The notes under the pieces: generated by a model
The model's database searches: none
Seen by the model: the letters and a program-made list of their open reading frames with translations, nothing else
Told to the model about the DNA's origin: nothing
Assembly: GCA_041182185.1 (NCBI GenBank)
Contig: JBEGOD010000055.1
Coordinates: forward strand, 76,490 to 140,489
Direction: 5' to 3'
From: Pseudomonadota bacterium
GTDB lineage: Bacteria; Pseudomonadota; Alphaproteobacteria; Sphingomonadales; Sphingomonadaceae
DNA: 64,000 bases
In this document: piece by piece, positions 18,125 to 27,674 of the stretch
How the letters are laid out: every line of letters starts with the position of its first letter
Position numbering within the stretch: position 1 is the stretch's first letter
Made by a program: the position numbers and the translations under genes

Positions 18125-20239
18125 ATGGCTGGCACCGCGCATTTGCTGTCCGCAGGGCGCATCGGATCGATGGAACTGCGCAACCGGATCATCGTCACCG
18201 CAATGGGAGTCAGCCTCTCCGAAGCAGACGGCCATGTCGGCGAGCGCCTGCTCGCCTATCACGAAGCCCAGGCCAAGGGCGGTGCCGGGCTGATCATCAG
18301 TGGCGTGGCCGGGGTCGCCTGGCCGATCGGTGCCGTGCAGCCGAACCAGACGGCCATTTCCGACGATCGCTTCTTGCCGGGCCTGCAGGCCCTGACCGAG
18401 CGGGTCCACCGGCACGGGGCCAAGATCGCGGCACAGCTCCATCACGGCGGACTGGTCGCCGGTTACTCATCCGATGCGTTCGACCAGGAACTGTGGGCGC
18501 CATGTTACCCGCCGCCGATGAAGGGCGATTTCGTCGACTATTTCCTGCCCGAGGAAATGGCCGGGTTCTCTGGCAAGATGCCGCGAATCAAGCTGCTGGA
18601 ACCGGCCGACATCGATCTGGTGGTCAGCCAGTTCGGTGCCGCGGCAACCCGGGCCAAGACCGCCGGATTCGATGCAATCGAGATCCATGGCGGGCACGGC
18701 TACCTGCTGTCCTCGTTCATGTCGCCCAAGACCAACAGCCGCACTGACGACTATGGCGGCCCGCTGGAAAACCGCGCGCGCCTGCTGCTGCGGGTGATCG
18801 GCGCGGTGCGCGATGCGGTCGGGCCGGACTTCCCGGTCTGGGTCAAGCTGGACTCGGTCGAAGTCGGCAAGGACGGCGGCATCACGCTGGACCTCGCGAT
18901 CGAGGCGGCGCGGCTGGTCGAGGCGTCCGGGGTCGATGCGATCACCGTTTCGGCTTACCACGACACGGGCAAGGGCAAGCTGCACTCGGCCTCCAACATC
19001 CCGCACGAACCGGAAACCAACGTCCCGGCCGCTGCCGCGATCAGGGCGGCGGTCAAGGTGCCGGTGATCGCCTCTGGCCGGGTCGAGGTCGAAGCGGCGG
19101 ATGCTCACATTGCTGCGGGCAAGTATGATTTCCTGGCGATGGGCCGCAAGCTGCTCGCCGATCCAGCGCTGCCCGCGAAGCTGGCCGGCAATGCCCCGGA
19201 GATGATCCGGCCCTGCATCTATTGCTACACCTGCGTATCGACCGCCTATGTCCGCCAGCCGCTGCGCTGCGCGGTCAATCCGGAGACCGGTTTCGAATGC
19301 GAGCAGGTAGCGCCACATGTAGCCGGAAAACACTATGTGGTGATCGGCGGTGGTCCGGGCGGAATGGAAGCCGCCTGCCGCCTGGCCGATGCCGGCAACC
19401 GCGTGACCCTGCTGGAAAAGGGCGCGCGGCTGGGCGGGACCCTGCGGATTGCCTCGCTCGCCTATCCTGCCAACGAGCGCCTGCTTGACTGGCTGGTGGA
19501 GCGCGTAGCCCGCTCGAACATCAAGGTGCAGCTTGAAACCGTGGCGAGCGAAGCACTGCTGCGCAGCCTGGCACCCGATGCGGTGATCGTCGCCACCGGC
19601 GCGCGGCGCGACATGCCGGACCTGCCCGGCAAGGATCTGTCCCACGTGTTCAGCGGCGAAGACATGCGCCGGATGTTGCTGGGCGAGAGTTCGGACGAGC
19701 TGAAGCGCAAGACCGGGCTGATGACCCGACTGGCGACCAGGGTAGGCGCGGCAACCGGCCTTACCGCCAACCTCGATTTCGTGCGCAACGCGACCAAGGC
19801 CTGGATGCCGCTGGGCGAGCACGTCGCGATCATCGGCGGCGAACTGGTCGGAATCGAACTGGCCGAATTCCTGCACGAGCGTGGCCGCAAGGTAACCGTG
19901 ATCGAACCGGCCCCGCGCCTTGGCAAGGGCTTGCTGCTGGTCCGGCGGATGCGGATCCTGGCCGAGTTGAAGGAGCACGGGGTCTCGCTCAATGGCGGCG
20001 CGCGGGACATTGCAATCCGCACCGATGCCGTGACCTTTACCGATGCTGCGGGCGAGCCGCAGACGGTCCAGGCCGACCATGTCATCGTGGCGATGGGGGC
20101 AGAGGCCGATACCGCCCTGGCCGACCGGCTGCGCAGCGCCGGCTTCACGGTCGAGACCGTGGGCGACTGCAATGGCGTTGGTTACATCGAAGGCGCGATC
20201 CGCGGTGGAGCGGATGCGGCGAGGCGGCTGACCGCCTGA
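18125..20239 (+). CDS. NADH:flavin oxidoreductase with OYE barrel + 4Fe-4S + FAD domain (FadH/BaiCD-like)
   Basis: EIHGGHGYLL, CIYCYTC-x11-C cluster motif, GGGPGG, second GGELVG; ATG 18125 after AGGAG. Confidence 0.88.
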   Translation: MAGTAHLLSAGRIGSMELRNRIIVTAMGVSLSEADGHVGERLLAYHEAQAKGGAGLIISGVAGVAWPIGAVQPNQTAISDDRFLPGLQALTERVHRHGAKIAAQLHHGGLVAGYSSDAFDQELWAPCYPPPMKGDFVDYFLPEEMAGFSGKMPRIKLLEPADIDLVVSQFGAAATRAKTAGFDAIEIHGGHGYLLSSFMSPKTNSRTDDYGGPLENRARLLLRVIGAVRDAVGPDFPVWVKLDSVEVGKDGGITLDLAIEAARLVEASGVDAITVSAYHDTGKGKLHSASNIPHEPETNVPAAAAIRAAVKVPVIASGRVEVEAADAHIAAGKYDFLAMGRKLLADPALPAKLAGNAPEMIRPCIYCYTCVSTAYVRQPLRCAVNPETGFECEQVAPHVAGKHYVVIGGGPGGMEAACRLADAGNRVTLLEKGARLGGTLRIASLAYPANERLLDWLVERVARSNIKVQLETVASEALLRSLAPDAVIVATGARRDMPDLPGKDLSHVFSGEDMRRMLLGESSDELKRKTGLMTRLATRVGAATGLTANLDFVRNATKAWMPLGEHVAIIGGELVGIELAEFLHERGRKVTVIEPAPRLGKGLLLVRRMRILAELKEHGVSLNGGARDIAIRTDAVTFTDAAGEPQTVQADHVIVAMGAEADTALADRLRSAGFTVETVGDCNGVGYIEGAIRGGADAARRLTA

Positions 20240-20338
20240 TTGTTCGCAATTGCTGTTGCCAGGATGCCCTGGGCGTCTCCGCTGCGACGCGCCCATTTTC
20301 CGCGCCGCCAGCTGCCGTCACGGCAACTGGCTCGGGCC

Positions 20339-20399
20339 AAAAACAAAGGCGGGGGTGTCTTCCGGCTTGATCGAACCGGCTGACACCCCCGCCCTGTTT
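20339..20399 (-). terminator. Rho-independent terminator of the TonB receptor gene
   Basis: 12-bp stem GGCGGGGGTGTC/GACACCCCCGCC, followed on the minus strand by TTTGTTTTT. Confidence 0.75.
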
Positions 20400-20427
20400 G
20401 CCCGTCAAGCGGGCTGGGTTCAGTGCA

Positions 20428-22977
20428 TTAGAACTTAAGGCCCAGCGTAGCGCCGTAAGTCCGCGGATCGGCAAAGTAACCGCCGGCATAACCCAGCGCA
20501 CCGAAATCAATGCCGCGGGCGAATTCGTGGCGATTGGTCAGATTCTTGCCCCAGAACATGATCTGGGCTTCGCCACCGGCAACCTTGATGCCGTCGATCG
20601 AAATCTGGGCATCGACCTGCTTCTTCGGATCGGACTTCAGCTGCTCGTTGAACGGCGTCGAGATCGTGTTCGAGAAGCTGTATTTCGGCGATTCATAGGT
20701 GTAGCCGACCCGCGCATTAAGCGTCATGCCATTGTCGCTCATCGGTACGCGCAGATTTGCGGCAATGTTGCCGGTGTAGCGCGAGGTGTAGCCTTCGCGG
20801 GCGATCGAGGCGATATCCACGATCGGCGCGCCAACCGCACCCGAGGTCGGTATCAGGAATTCCTTGTAGTTGACGTCCACGTAACCGAAGGTCCCGTCGA
20901 TCGAGAGGTAATCGTTGATCACCGCCCGGGCTTCGACTTCGAAGCCGGTGTAATCGACCTTGCCGACATTGACGATGCGCGAACCGAACACACCCGGGGT
21001 CGAGGTAACGACCGGAATGTTGGCTGCCAGGTTCTTGAACCGGTTGCTATAGCCGGCCAGGTTGACCCGCAGGTGGCGATCGAACAGTTCGGCCTTGATT
21101 CCCGCTTCGTAGGACACGATCGTTTCGGAATCGAACGGCACCATGGTGCTCGTCCCGGCCTGACTGGTATCGGGGGCATTGAAGCCGCCCGAGCGATAGC
21201 CGCTGGCTGCGCGCAAATAGGCCGAAACGTCGTCAGTGAGCTCATACCGCGCCATCGCGTTCCAGGTCAGCCGGCTGAAGTCACCGGTACCACGATCTGG
21301 TGTGGCCAACGCGGTCGCGCCGGTCTGCAAACGGATGATCGACTTGTGATCCCACGTATAACGGAGGCCGCCCGTCAGGCTGAGCTTCCCGTCGCGGCCG
21401 CCAACGTAGTAGGTCGCCTGGCCATAGAGCGCGGTCGATTCCGCACTGGTGGTGTAGCGCAGTACGCCATTGGTCACGACAAGCCGGTAGCGGGCCGGGT
21501 TGGCGGCAACGAACGAGGGTCCAAGCGGACCGAAGTTGGCGGTGAAAATCTGGTTGGTATCCAGCACGAAGCCCGAGTTCTGCGGGTTGTTCTCGCTGCC
21601 CTTTTCCCAGAAGTAGAAACCACCAACCACCCAGTCGAGGACATCGCTGTCACCGGAAACTTCGATTTCCTGGCTGAACTGCTGGTGCTTGCGAACGTTG
21701 TTGGTGTCGAACAGCCCCTGGGTGGTCGTCGGGACCGGCGATGCAGCGATGAACGGCGCAAAAGCGGACGGAATCGACGGGATGAAGGCTAGCAGCGAAG
21801 CGGGCATGCCGTTGAACAGGCTTGCGTTGCTGAACAGCGGGCCGCGGAACTGACCGAGGCCATCCAGATCCGAGCTCTGCGAGATGCTGTCCCACTTGCG
21901 GTAGCCTGCGGTCATCTTGACCTGGAAGCCACCGAAGTCGTTCTGGAGCTGCAGGTTGTGGCCCTGGACCTCGTCGATTGCATCCTTGTCTGCATCAAGG
22001 CAGATCGTGTCGCGGTAAGCGCGGGTCGGAGCGGCCAGGGCAGCGCAGCCGGCGTTGAGGAACGTCGCTCCCGCAAGGTATTGCTGGACCGATGCCTGTT
22101 GAGTCTGGGTGATGCCGGGCTGGCCATTGACTACCAGCGGCGCGCGGAACGTGCCGTTGGCAACATTGGTCAGCTGGAACGCCACGTTGCGGCCAGTGGT
22201 CTTCGACCAGTCGAAGATATAGCGGATGCTGCCGGTCCCGCCGAGGTCAACCTTGAGCGCGCCACGGAAGGCGTCAGTCTTGCGCGAGCCCGGGTCCTTT
22301 GAGTCTTCAGGTTGCAGGATATTGTCGACGGTGCCGTTGCGCTGGCTGCGCGAATAGGAAAAGCTGGTCTTCAGCCCACCAAGGATCTCGCCGGTGTCGA
22401 GCGAGACCTTGGCGTTCCAGGCGCCATAGTTGCCGTACCCGCCACGAGCGGCCACGCGCAGCTCATCCGAGGGATCGCGACTGATGAAGGCGATCGCACC
22501 GCCGGTCGAGTTGCGACCGAACAACGTACCCTGCGGCCCGCGCAGCACTTCGACGCGTTCGATGTCCATCACGTCGAGCGCGCTGGCGCCCGAACGCGCG
22601 ATATAGATGCCATCGACATAGAGCGCATTGGCCTGGTCGAGGCCGAACGATTCGCTGGCCGGCGAGGTGATGCCGCGGATCGAGATGACCGCCGCCGAAT
22701 TGCTGGTGGTGCCCTGGACAATGGTCACGTTGGGGGCAAGGCCGCTGAGGTCGCGGGTATCGCGGACGTTGAGCCGCTCAAGCTTTTCCGAACCGATGGC
22801 GCTGATCGCGATCGGCACGTCCTGCAGGTTCTGTTCGCGCTTCTGTGCGGTCACGACGATCTCGTCGAGCCCGCCTTCCTCGGCTGCCTCTTGCGCAAAA
22901 ACGGGGCTGGCAACGGCGAGCAGGCTGGCGCCCAGCATCAGGCGAACGGCGACACGCGGGCTTTGAGCTACTTTCAT
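20428..22977 (-). CDS. TonB-dependent outer-membrane receptor
   Basis: Signal peptide ending PVFA-Q, EIVVTAQKREQ, ERVEVLRGPQGTLFGRN, C-terminal Phe; ATG 22977 after GAGGGGAGG. Confidence 0.95.
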   Translation of the reverse strand: MKVAQSPRVAVRLMLGASLLAVASPVFAQEAAEEGGLDEIVVTAQKREQNLQDVPIAISAIGSEKLERLNVRDTRDLSGLAPNVTIVQGTTSNSAAVISIRGITSPASESFGLDQANALYVDGIYIARSGASALDVMDIERVEVLRGPQGTLFGRNSTGGAIAFISRDPSDELRVAARGGYGNYGAWNAKVSLDTGEILGGLKTSFSYSRSQRNGTVDNILQPEDSKDPGSRKTDAFRGALKVDLGGTGSIRYIFDWSKTTGRNVAFQLTNVANGTFRAPLVVNGQPGITQTQQASVQQYLAGATFLNAGCAALAAPTRAYRDTICLDADKDAIDEVQGHNLQLQNDFGGFQVKMTAGYRKWDSISQSSDLDGLGQFRGPLFSNASLFNGMPASLLAFIPSIPSAFAPFIAASPVPTTTQGLFDTNNVRKHQQFSQEIEVSGDSDVLDWVVGGFYFWEKGSENNPQNSGFVLDTNQIFTANFGPLGPSFVAANPARYRLVVTNGVLRYTTSAESTALYGQATYYVGGRDGKLSLTGGLRYTWDHKSIIRLQTGATALATPDRGTGDFSRLTWNAMARYELTDDVSAYLRAASGYRSGGFNAPDTSQAGTSTMVPFDSETIVSYEAGIKAELFDRHLRVNLAGYSNRFKNLAANIPVVTSTPGVFGSRIVNVGKVDYTGFEVEARAVINDYLSIDGTFGYVDVNYKEFLIPTSGAVGAPIVDIASIAREGYTSRYTGNIAANLRVPMSDNGMTLNARVGYTYESPKYSFSNTISTPFNEQLKSDPKKQVDAQISIDGIKVAGGEAQIMFWGKNLTNRHEFARGIDFGALGYAGGYFADPRTYGATLGLKF

Positions 22978-23032
22978 GATTCCTCCCCTCAACCTTGGTT
23001 TTCAGGCTTGAGACGAGAAACGAATGCACATT

Positions 23033-23062
23033 TGCGTAAAAAATGTCAACTACTGTTGCGCA
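23033..23062. promoter_or_regulatory. Putative operator YGCGT-N20-RCGCA, site 4
   Basis: TGCGT AAAAAATGTCAACTACTGTT GCGCA upstream of the TonB receptor gene. Confidence 0.65.
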
Positions 23063-23161
23063 ATACGCCAGAGATTGCCTCTGGTCATGCGAGAATATGT
23101 TGGAATTGACAGCCTGATCGCCGGAATCGGGGATTCGGCTCCTGGGTACTCGCCGCTGACG

Positions 23162-23608
23162 TCAGTCGCTGCCGCAAGCGGCTAGCGCAGTCTCCATCTC
23201 GCGCAGGTAGCGCAGCGTGCTGGCAGTCAGGTCCCGCAGTTCCTCGTTGGCCTGATCGGTCGCCGTAACGAAGCGCAGCTCGTCGCGCCGCACCCAGCCC
23301 CTGGCGATCAGCTGCTCGATCTTCCGACGCACGGTTTCACGCGGGATACCGCTGTAGTCGGCGATCGACTGGAGGTTGATCGCCAAGGGCTCAACCGATT
23401 CGACCGTCCCTTCCAGGAACTCGTCGTGGCTCATGGCTTCGGGCGCGAACCGCGGGCTGAAGGTCCGTTCGCCGATGATGGTCAGGACCAGGAACAGGTC
23501 GAGGTCGCCGTCGCAGGCACGGCGGCATTCGATCAGGTGCCGCGTGAATGCCGAGACATGCAAGGCATGCAGCTTGCCGAAATTGCGCTCCAGGCGGTCG
23601 CCTGCCAC
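23162..23608 (-). CDS. Winged-helix DNA-binding protein of unknown function
   Basis: INLQSIADYSGIPRETVRRKIEQLIARGWV HTH; GTG start after AGGAG. Confidence 0.7.
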   Translation of the reverse strand: MAGDRLERNFGKLHALHVSAFTRHLIECRRACDGDLDLFLVLTIIGERTFSPRFAPEAMSHDEFLEGTVESVEPLAINLQSIADYSGIPRETVRRKIEQLIARGWVRRDELRFVTATDQANEELRDLTASTLRYLREMETALAACGSD

Positions 23609-23705
23609 TGTCCGCTCCTGTCAGACCGGCCCGGCCGGAGCGACCGGTGCCGCAGACTGGTTTATGCCTTTGTGACGCCGCCGACAACCGCGGCCTGCGG
23701 CCGGA

Positions 23706-25688
23706 TCACGGCTCGACGATGTTGAAATCCAGCCTGGGCTGTTCCAACATTGGCAGGAGCTGCCGGATCGGGGCAGGATCGCCTGTCACCGATACCTGTC
23801 CCGCCGCAACCATGCGGTCGAGCGGCACTTGGCGGAACAGGATCCCCAGCAGCACGGGCTTGGGCCCAGTCAGCGTCGGAGCGCCGGCGAAGGCCTGGCC
23901 CTTCTCGCTGACCAGCACCGAATTACCCAGCGACAACGCAAAGCGATCGCCGCTGGTGCTATCGACCAGGTTGAAGCCCAGTCTGGTATCGCCTGCGCGT
24001 TCGGGCACCAGGGTCGTCGCCAGCAGATCGAGGAAACTGCCAAGCGGGGTCGCCATCATCAGGTAGCTCGGTCCGCCCTCGGCAAAGCCGTCGGGGCGGC
24101 CTTGCCGCAGTTCCCGAGCACCGGTGAGATAGATGTTTCTCCAGATCCCGCTTTCGGACTGGTAGCCAAGTTGCTCATAGCTATCGGCCACCAGGTTGCG
24201 CGACACTTGGTCAGCAGGGTCGGCGAATACGCCGAAATTGGCCAGCTCGGCCGACCAGCGATAGTCCCCGGCCGCAAAGGCAGCTGCGGCCTGCTTGTGC
24301 AAGGCCTTGGCCCCGCCCATCGCCCGCACCATGCGCTTGGCCTTCTCGACCGGCGGGAGCGGATTGAGGTTGGCGGGAACCCCGTCGTACCAGCCCATGT
24401 AGCGATCGTAGACCGCCTTGGCGTTGTGGCTGACAGTGCCGTAGTACTCGCGCACCGACCAGTCGTTTCGCAAGGCCGTGGGCAGCTTCAGGCCCTCGGC
24501 GATCTCGGTGGGCGTCTGCCCCTGGTTCATCCGGCGCACGGCCTGGTCGTGGATGAACTTGTAGGCATCGCGCTGATGCGCGATGTGTTGAACAACCGCC
24601 GCAGTGCCGAAGCGCGGCCAGTGGTGCGAGGCAAAACTCAGTTCGGCTTGCCCGCCCCATAGCCGCAGCGCCTCGGTCAGGTAATCGGCCCAGGCCTTGG
24701 CGTCGCGCACCTTGGCGCCGCGCAGGGTCTGCACGTTATGCAGCGTGGAAGTGGCGGTTTCGGCCAGGCATAGCGCCTTGAGCGAGGGGATCCAGAGATT
24801 GAACTCCGTCGGGGCCTCGGCCCCCGGGGTCATCTGGAAGACCAGTTCCACGCCATCGATCGTGACACTCTGGCCAGTGCGTTCGATCTCCAGAGTCGGC
24901 GGGATGAAGCCCTGCTTGCCCGCCGCGATTGCCGTGCCCATGCCCATGCCGGCATGGCCCTGGGGGCCCCGCGGCAGGAAATAGCCGAACTGGTAGAAGG
25001 CCCGGCGCCCCATCGCCGTGCCCGCCAGCATCCATTCGCTGACCACCTCTTCGACAAAGCCCTTGGGCGCAATCACCTGAACGCGGCCAGCCGCGACATC
25101 GCGCGGATCGACGATCCCGGTGGCACCGGCAAAATGATCGGTGTGGCCGTGGGTATAGATTACCGCGAGCACCGGCTTGTCGGCCACATGCTTTTTCAGC
25201 AGGTCGAAGGCAGCCTTGGCGACCTCCTCCACGGTCAGCGGATCGATCACGATCCAGCCGCGCGGGGTCTCGATAAAGGACACGTTGCTGTTGTCGAAAT
25301 TGCGGACCTGGTAGAGCCCCGGGGCAAGGCGGAACAGGCCCTCGGCGCGAAGCACCCGGTTCTGGCGCCACAGCGCGGGATTGACCGTATCGGGCGCGGG
25401 CCCCTCGATGAAGTCGTTACCAGACAGGTCGAACGAGGGCTTGCCATTGGCCTGGCGAATGACGGCTTCCGGCCAGGTCGCGATGAAGCCGCGGCGGGCG
25501 AATTCAAAGTCAGCGCCATCCTCGGGCGGCAGGGATTTCGCCGCCTCGGCCAGCACGGCCCGCGTCGCCGCTGTTGCGGCACGAGGCGCGGCTGCGCCGG
25601 TTGGCGGGGCCGGTTCGGCTTGAAGGCTTCCAGCCGCCATGGCCAGCAGGCCAAGGCCAACGATAAAGGCACGGCTCAAAATGGGCAT
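23706..25688 (-). CDS. Alkyl sulfatase, SdsA1/Pisa1-like (metallo-beta-lactamase fold, dimerisation and SCP2-like domains), exported
   Basis: THGHTDHFAG, GAEAPTE, HNVQTLRGAKVRDA, SHHWP, YYGTVSHN, RNIYL; signal peptide; ATG 25688. Confidence 0.92.
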   Translation of the reverse strand: MPILSRAFIVGLGLLAMAAGSLQAEPAPPTGAAAPRAATAATRAVLAEAAKSLPPEDGADFEFARRGFIATWPEAVIRQANGKPSFDLSGNDFIEGPAPDTVNPALWRQNRVLRAEGLFRLAPGLYQVRNFDNSNVSFIETPRGWIVIDPLTVEEVAKAAFDLLKKHVADKPVLAVIYTHGHTDHFAGATGIVDPRDVAAGRVQVIAPKGFVEEVVSEWMLAGTAMGRRAFYQFGYFLPRGPQGHAGMGMGTAIAAGKQGFIPPTLEIERTGQSVTIDGVELVFQMTPGAEAPTEFNLWIPSLKALCLAETATSTLHNVQTLRGAKVRDAKAWADYLTEALRLWGGQAELSFASHHWPRFGTAAVVQHIAHQRDAYKFIHDQAVRRMNQGQTPTEIAEGLKLPTALRNDWSVREYYGTVSHNAKAVYDRYMGWYDGVPANLNPLPPVEKAKRMVRAMGGAKALHKQAAAAFAAGDYRWSAELANFGVFADPADQVSRNLVADSYEQLGYQSESGIWRNIYLTGARELRQGRPDGFAEGGPSYLMMATPLGSFLDLLATTLVPERAGDTRLGFNLVDSTSGDRFALSLGNSVLVSEKGQAFAGAPTLTGPKPVLLGILFRQVPLDRMVAAGQVSVTGDPAPIRQLLPMLEQPRLDFNIVEP

Positions 25689-25798
25689 CGAAGTCCTCTC
25701 CAGCAATCCTCGCGGGCTTTATAGCGTCAGACCAGACAGCCTGGAATGCGCTCGCTGCCCATTCCGGGCGCAACTGCAGATGGCCCAGGGGCAGGGAT

Positions 25799-27433
25799 AT
25801 GGACAGGTTGGAAGCCGAATTCGTGATTGTCGGCGCCGGATCGGCAGGCTGCGTGCTGGCCAACCGACTTTCCGCCGACCCGGCCAACCGTGTCATCCTG
25901 ATCGAAGCCGGCGGCAGCGGCACCAGCCCATTCGTGACCATGCCGGCAGGCTATGGCAAGACCACTGCGGAATTCGGCCATTCGTGGCACTATTCCAGCG
26001 CCGCAGAACCCGGCATCGGCGGGCGGCAGATGCTACTACCGCGCGGGCGCGGGCTGGGCGGCTCCTCCAACATAAACGGTCTGCTTTATGTTCGCGGACA
26101 GCCGACTGACTATGACAGCTGGAGCAACCTGGGGGCGATCGGGTGGAGCTGGGCGGATGTTGCGCCCTATTTCCGGCGCGGTGAAACCTATGCCGGTGGC
26201 GGCGACGGATCGCGCGGCCATGCCGGGCCGCTGCGCGTGGAAGAACTGCGCCACCGCGATCCCACCAACGACGCGGTGCTGGCCGCCTTTGCCGAGATCG
26301 GCGTGCCGCTGAACCCGGACTACAATGGCGCGGACCAGACCGGCGCGTTCTATTACCAGGCCACCATGGCAAACGGGCGGCGCTGTTCAGCCGCCGACGC
26401 CTATCTGCGCCCCGTGATGGGTCGGGCCAATCTTACCGTGCTGACCGGGGCCCACTGCAACCGGGTAGTGTTCGACGGCAAGCGCGCCACAGGGGTCGAG
26501 CTCGAACGCGGCGGGGCCGGGCAGATCGTTCACGCCCGCCGGGAAGTGATCCTGGCAGCGGGGGCCTATCACAGCCCCAAGCTGCTGATGCTGTCCGGCA
26601 TTGGCCCGGGCGCCCACCTGGCCGAACTGGGCATCCCGGTGCTGCACGATTGCCCGGCAGTCGGCGCGGGCCTGCAGGACCATTATATCCTGCCGATGAG
26701 CTGGCAGCTCAAAGCCGAAGCCTTCAGCTACAACCGCGAGCTGGCAGGCGTGCGGCTTGCCTGGAACGTGCTGCGCTATTTCGCCACGCGCCAGGGAGCA
26801 ATGACGATCCCGGCCGCCCAGACCGGCGCGTTCGTCAAGTCCGACCCCGTGCTCGACCGGCCCGACCTCCAGTTCCACTGTCTACCCGTCAGCGGCGAAC
26901 TGGACGGCGCGGCCGCTGATCGCAAGCCGCAGCTCTCACCCTACCCCGGACTGACCCTCGCCCCGACCGTGCTGCGGCCCGAGTCCCGGGGATGGATCAG
27001 GTTGGCGAGGCCCGATCCGCGCGCCGTGCCTGAGATCGTGCACAACTATCTGGAGGCCAGGGCCGACCGCGAACTGTCGCTCAAGGCCATGCGGATGACC
27101 CGGATGCTTGCCTGTGCGCCGGCGCTGGCCCGGTTGATTGATCGGGAAGCATACCCTGGTCCCTCGGTAATCGAGGATGACGCCTTGCTTGATTACGCAC
27201 GGCAGACCGGAAACACCGGCTACCACCCGGTGGGCACCTGCCGGATGGGCCTCGACGCGGCGGCGGTCACCGACCCACAATTGCGCGTTCGCGGGGTCGA
27301 AGGGCTCCGGGTGATCGATGCTTCCGTCATGCCGCGCCTCATTTCCGGCAACACCAATGCTGCCGCCATGATGATTGGGGACAAGGGCGCCGATCTGGTT
27401 CTGGGAAATGGTGGGCCCAGGCCTGATGCCTGA
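25799..27433 (+). CDS. GMC oxidoreductase (BetA/AlkJ-like)
   Basis: [43 protein letters not shown]. Confidence 0.92.
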   Translation: MDRLEAEFVIVGAGSAGCVLANRLSADPANRVILIEAGGSGTSPFVTMPAGYGKTTAEFGHSWHYSSAAEPGIGGRQMLLPRGRGLGGSSNINGLLYVRGQPTDYDSWSNLGAIGWSWADVAPYFRRGETYAGGGDGSRGHAGPLRVEELRHRDPTNDAVLAAFAEIGVPLNPDYNGADQTGAFYYQATMANGRRCSAADAYLRPVMGRANLTVLTGAHCNRVVFDGKRATGVELERGGAGQIVHARREVILAAGAYHSPKLLMLSGIGPGAHLAELGIPVLHDCPAVGAGLQDHYILPMSWQLKAEAFSYNRELAGVRLAWNVLRYFATRQGAMTIPAAQTGAFVKSDPVLDRPDLQFHCLPVSGELDGAAADRKPQLSPYPGLTLAPTVLRPESRGWIRLARPDPRAVPEIVHNYLEARADRELSLKAMRMTRMLACAPALARLIDREAYPGPSVIEDDALLDYARQTGNTGYHPVGTCRMGLDAAAVTDPQLRVRGVEGLRVIDASVMPRLISGNTNAAAMMIGDKGADLVLGNGGPRPDA

Positions 27434-27452
27434 TGCCTGATGCCTGATGCCT
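27421..27452 (+). repeat. Tandem repeat (GCCTGAT) x about 4.6
   Basis: gcctgat gcctgat gcctgat gcctgat gcct, spanning the GMC stop codon. Confidence 0.9.
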
Positions 27453-27674
27453 TCCCGGACAGCGGAAAGCAGACCGTCTTGTTCAATGCAGCGGGACAGG
27501 TCCCGAAACAGGGCAGCGCGCGGCGGACAAGCTGCTACCCAAATCTGCTTTTGCGCTCTGGCGATTGGCCATCCTGACCCTGCTGCGCCGGTTGACAGCT
27601 TTCCCGATCAAAGGGTGCCCCTGGATGAAACAGTCAAGTTCCTGGATGGATAAGGCTGCCTTTATCTTGCGCTG

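Noticed and set aside
18467-20296. 609-aa antisense ORF (similar ones at 13579-14802, 20398-21792 and 31644-33179)
   Set aside because: Shadow frames opposite well-supported high-GC genes; no recognisable motifs or RBS
27421-27452. CRISPR-like array
   Set aside because: 7-bp tandem units without spacers; no cas genes in the window
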